Assembly: GCA_964016885.1 (NCBI GenBank)
Contig: CAXHJY010001327.1
Coordinates: 62,001 to 126,000, forward strand
Origin: Eledone cirrhosa
Lineage: Eukaryota
Direction of reading: 5' to 3'
Length of the DNA stretch: 64,000 nucleotides
A model generated the notes under the pieces. That model had not been told where the DNA came from, did no database searches, and saw nothing but the letters and a program-made list of their open reading frames with translations. Each line of letters opens with the position of its first letter. The first letter of the stretch is position 1. Both the position numbers and the translations under genes were made by a program. Of this stretch, positions 59,497-64,000 are shown piece after piece.

Positions 59497-62400
59497 TTAT
59501 AATACTGTTGAACTTTGGTTAACCTAACTTAATAAAATACTATTTATAATACTGTGGGACCTTGGTAAACCTAACTTAATAAAATACCAATATAATACTG
59601 TGGAACTTTGGTTAACCTAACTTAATAAAATACCATTCTAATACTGTGGAACTTTGGTTAACCTAACTTAATAAAATACTATTATAATACTGTGGAACTT
59701 TCGTTAACCTAACTTAATAAAATACCAATATAATACTGCGGAACATTGGTTAACCTAACTTAATAAAATACTAATATAATACTGCGGAACATTGGTTAAC
59801 CTAACTTAATAAAATACGAATATAAAACTGCGGAACATTGGTTAACCTAACTTAATAAAATACCAATATAATACTGCGGAACTTTGGTTAACCTAACTTA
59901 ATAGAATACCATTCTAATACCGTGGAACTTTGGTTAACCTAACTTAATAAAATACTATTATAATACTGTAGAACCTTGGTTAACCTAACTTAATAAAATA
60001 CTCTTATAATACTGTGGAACGTTGGTTAACCTAACGTAATAAAATACCATTATAATACTGTGGAACTTTGGTTAACAAAACTTAATAAAATACTATTATA
60101 ATAATGTGGAACTTTGGTTAACCTAACTTAATAAAATACCATTATAATACTGTGGAACCTTGATTAACCTAACTTAATAGAATACCATTCTAATACTTTG
60201 GAACTTTGGTTAATCAAACTTAATAAAATACTATTTATAATACCGTGGATCCTTTTTTGTTAACCTAACTTAATAAAATACTATTATAATACTGTGGAAC
60301 TTTAGTTAACCTATTTGGTTAACCTAACTTAATAAAATACTATTATAATAGTGGAACTTTGGTTAACCTATTTGGTTAACAAAACTTAATAAAATACTAT
60401 TATAATAGTGTGGAACCTTGGTTAACCTAACTTAATAAAATACTATTTATAATACTGTGGAACCTTTGTTAACCTAACTTAATAAAATACTATTATAATA
60501 CTGTGGAACTTTGGTTAACCTAATTTAATAAAATACCAATATAATACTGTGGAACTTTGGTTAACCTAACTTAATAAAATACTATTATAATACTGTGGAA
60601 CTTTGGTTAACCGAACTTAATAAAATACCAATATAATACTGTGGAACTTTGCTTAACCTAACGTAATAAAATACTATTATAATACTGTGGAACTTTGGTT
60701 AACCTAATTTAATAAAATACTATTATAATACTGTGGAACTTTGGTTAACCGAACTTAATAAAATACTATTATAATACTGTGGAACTTTGGTTAACCGAAC
60801 TTAATAAAATACCAATATAATACTGTGGAACTTTGCTTAACCTAACGTAATAAAATACTATTATAATACTGTGGAACTTTGGTTAACCTAACTTAATAAA
60901 ATACTATTATAATACTGAGGAACTTTGTATAACCTAACTTAATAAAATACCATTATAATACTGTGGAATCTTGGTTAACCTAACTTAATAAAATACTATT
61001 ATAATACTGTGGAACTTTGGTTAACCTAACTTAATAAAATACTATTATAATACTGTGGAACTTTGGTTAACCTAACCTAATAAAATACTATTATAATACT
61101 ATGGAACTTTGGTTAACCTAACTTAATAAAATACTATTATAATACTGTGGAACTTTAGTTAACCTATTTGGTTAACCTAACTTAATAAAATACTAATACA
61201 ATACTGTGGTACCTTGGTTACCCTAACTTAATAAAATACTATTATAATACTGTGGAACCTTGGTTAACCTAACTTAATAAAATACTCTTATAATACTGTG
61301 GAACTTTGGTTAACCTAACGTAATAAAATACCATTATAATACTGTGGAACCTTGATTAATCTGACTTAATAGAATACCATTCTAATACTGTGGAACTTTG
61401 GTTAATCAAACTTAATAAAATACTATTTATAATACCGTGGAACCTTTTTGGTTAACCTAACTTAATAAAATACTATCATAATACTGTGGAACTTTGGTTA
61501 ACTAACTTAATAAAATACCATTATAATACTGCGGAACCTTGGTTAACCTAACTTAACAAAATACTATTATAATACTGTGGAACCTTGGTTAACCTAACTT
61601 AATAAAATACTCTTATAATACTGTGGAACTTTGGTTAACCTAACGTAATAAAATACCATTATAATACTGTGGAACTTTGGTTAACAAAACTTAATAAAAT
61701 ACTATTATAATACTGTGGAACTTTGGTTAACCTAACTTAATAAAATACCATTATAATACTGTGGAACCTTGATTAATCTAACTTAATAGAATACCATTCT
61801 AATACTGTGGAACTTTGGTTAATCAAACTTAATAAAATACTATTTATAATACCGTGGAACCTTTTTGGTTAACCTAACTTAATAAAATACTATAATAATA
61901 CTGTGGAACGTTGTTTAACCTAACTTAATAAAATACCATTATAATACTGTGGAACCTTGATTAACCTAACTTAATAGAATACCATTCTAATACTGTGGAA
62001 CTTTGGTTAATCAAACTTAATAAAATACTATTTATAATACCGTGGATCCTTTTTTGTTAACCTAACTTAATAAATACTATTATAATACTGTGGAACTTTA
62101 GTTAACCTATTTGGTTAACCTAACTTAATAAAATACTATTATAATAGTGGAACTTTGGTTAACCTATTTGGTTAACAAAACTTAATAAAATACTATTATA
62201 ATAATGTGGAACCTTGGTTAACCTAACTTAATAAAATACTATTTATAATACTGTGGAACCTTTGTTAACCTAACCTAATAAAATACTATTATAATACTGT
62301 GGAACTTTGGTTAACCTAACTTAATAAAATACTATTATAATACTGTGGAACTTTGGTTAACCGAACTTAATAATATACCAATATAATACTGTGGAACTTT

Positions 62401-63515
62401 GCTTAACCTAACGTAATAAAATACTATTATAATACTGTGGAACTTTGGTTAACCTAACTTAATAAAATACTATTATAATACTGTGGAACTTTGGTTAACC
62501 TAACCTAATAAAATACTATTATAATACTATGGAACTTTGGTTAACCTAACTTAATAAAATACTATCATAATACTGTGGAACTTTGGTTAACCTAACTTAA
62601 TAGAATACCATTCTAATACTGTGGAACTTTGGTTAACCTAACTTAGTAAAATACTATCATAATACTGTGGAACCTTGGTTAACCTAACTTAATAAAATAC
62701 CATTATAATACTGTGGAACTTTGGTTAATCAAACTTAATAAAATACTATTTATAATACCGTGGAACCTTTTTGGTTAACCTAACTTGATAAAATATTATT
62801 ATAATAGTGGAACTTTGTTTAACCTATTTGGTTAACCTAACTTAATAAAATACTATTTATAATACTGTGGAACTTTGGTTAACCTAACTTAATAAAATAC
62901 TATTTATAATACTGTGGAACCTTTGTTAACCTAACTTAATAAAATACTATTATAATACTGTGGAACTTTGGTTAACCTAACTTAATAAAATACCAATATA
63001 ATACTGTGGCACTTTGGTTAACCGAACTTAATGAAATACTATTATAATACTGTGGAACTTTGGTTAACCGAACTTAATAAAATACCAATATAATACTGTG
63101 GAACTTTGGTTAACCTAACAATAAAATACTATTATAATACTGTGGAACTTTGGTTAACCTAACTTAATAAAATACTATTATAATACTGTGGAACTTTGGT
63201 TAACCTAACTTAATAAAATACCATTATAATACTGTGGAACCTTGGTTAACCTAACTTAATAAAATACTATCATAATACTGTGGAACTTTGGTTAACCTAA
63301 CTTAATAGAATACCATTCTAATACTGTGGAACTTTGGTTGACCTAACTTAATAAAATACTATCATAATACTGAGGAACTTTGGTTAACCTAACTTAATAA
63401 AATACTAATATAATACTGCGGAACATTGGTTAACCTAACTTAATAAAATACGAATATAATACTGCGGAACTTTGGTTAACCTAACTTAATAAAATACCAT
63501 TATAATACTGTGGAA

Positions 63516-63685
63516 CCACAGTATTATAATGGTATTTTATTAAGTTAGGTTAATCAAAGTTCCACAGTATTATAATTGTTTCCACTTTTGGCACAAGGCC
63601 ATCAATTACCCAATACATTACTGATAAAATAAAGTACAAGTAATGTACTGAGTATTTGATGGCCTTCTGCCAAAAGTGGAAACAA
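63516..63685. repeat. Cassette copy 24 (subtype D)
   Basis: GGCCTTCTGCC and CCCAATAC markers. Confidence 0.96.
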
Positions 63686-64000
63686 TTATAATACTGTGGA
63701 ACTCTGGTTAACCTAACTTAATAAAATACTATTATAATACTGTGGAACTTTGGTTAACCTAACTTAATAAAATACTATTATAATACTGTGGAACTTTGGT
63801 TAACCTAACTTAATAAAATACTATTATAATACTGTGGAACTTTGGTTAATCTATTTGGTTAACTTAACTCAAAATGCTATTACAATACTGCGGAACATTG
63901 GTTAACATAACTTAATAAAATACCAATATAATACTGTGGAACCCTGGTTAACCTAACTTAATAAGATACGAATATAATACTGCGGAACTTTGGTTAACCT

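Larger units (their letters stand above)
48960..62090 (+). repeat. Higher-order duplication with ~7.2-7.3 kb offset (approx. 48960-54750 repeated at 56140-62090)
   Basis: GCTGAAC 49161/56345, cassettes 49766/56950 and TTAAGCTAAC (G at 50331/57515) are all +7184. Cassettes 52129/59327 are +7198. GAGGAAC 53581/60917 and CTGACTT 54025/61361 are +7336. Confidence 0.85.
1..64000 (+). repeat. 46-bp AT-rich tandem satellite array (~1,300 monomers, runs off both window ends)
   Basis: Unit AATACTGTGGAACTTTGGTTAACCTAACTTAATAAAATACTATTAT recurs head-to-tail throughout, usually with 0-4 substitutions or small indels per copy. The consensus has 11 G+C in 46 bp. Copy number is estimated as (64000 - 24x170)/46. 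Confidence 0.99.

Noticed and set aside
1-64000. CRISPR array
   Set aside because: Units are contiguous 46-bp monomers with no unique spacers. The only interruptions are near-identical to each other, and there are no cas genes or leader.
1-64000. Repetitive protein-coding ORF
   Set aside because: The monomer has several TAA codons on both strands, and its 46-bp length shifts frame each unit, so no long ORF can persist.
1-64000. Monomer variants as an information-bearing code
   Set aside because: Variant order is adequately explained by nested block duplications, and nothing suggests a readout mechanism.
1-64000. Assignment to a named satellite family, organism or functional centromere
   Set aside because: I do not recognise the monomer and saw no CENP-B box. 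Centromere function cannot be inferred from sequence alone.

Overview
The whole 64-kb window is non-coding satellite DNA. It is a head-to-tail array of about 1,300 copies of a 46-bp, ~76% AT monomer (consensus AATACTGTGGAACTTTGGTTAACCTAACTTAATAAAATACTATTAT). I found no credible gene, RNA gene or CRISPR array. The array is interrupted 24 times by the same ~170-bp cassette. The cassette starts with a sharp fold-back (GTGG-AA-CCAC), continues with 60 bp of inverted satellite, then a 110-bp non-satellite near-perfect palindrome (47-bp arms, 16-nt loop), after which the forward array resumes in exact mirror phase. The cassettes fall into six sequence subtypes that separate by position: A/B/C at 0.4-20.9 kb, none for 16.4 kb, and D/E/F at 37.3-63.7 kb. 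Monomer variants reveal irregular higher-order duplications (2,903-bp tandem; ~7.2-kb, 10.9-kb and 18.9-kb offsets). The style suggests eukaryotic heterochromatin (centromeric, pericentromeric or subtelomeric), but neither the organism nor the function can be determined from the sequence alone. All counts and coordinates were read by eye.
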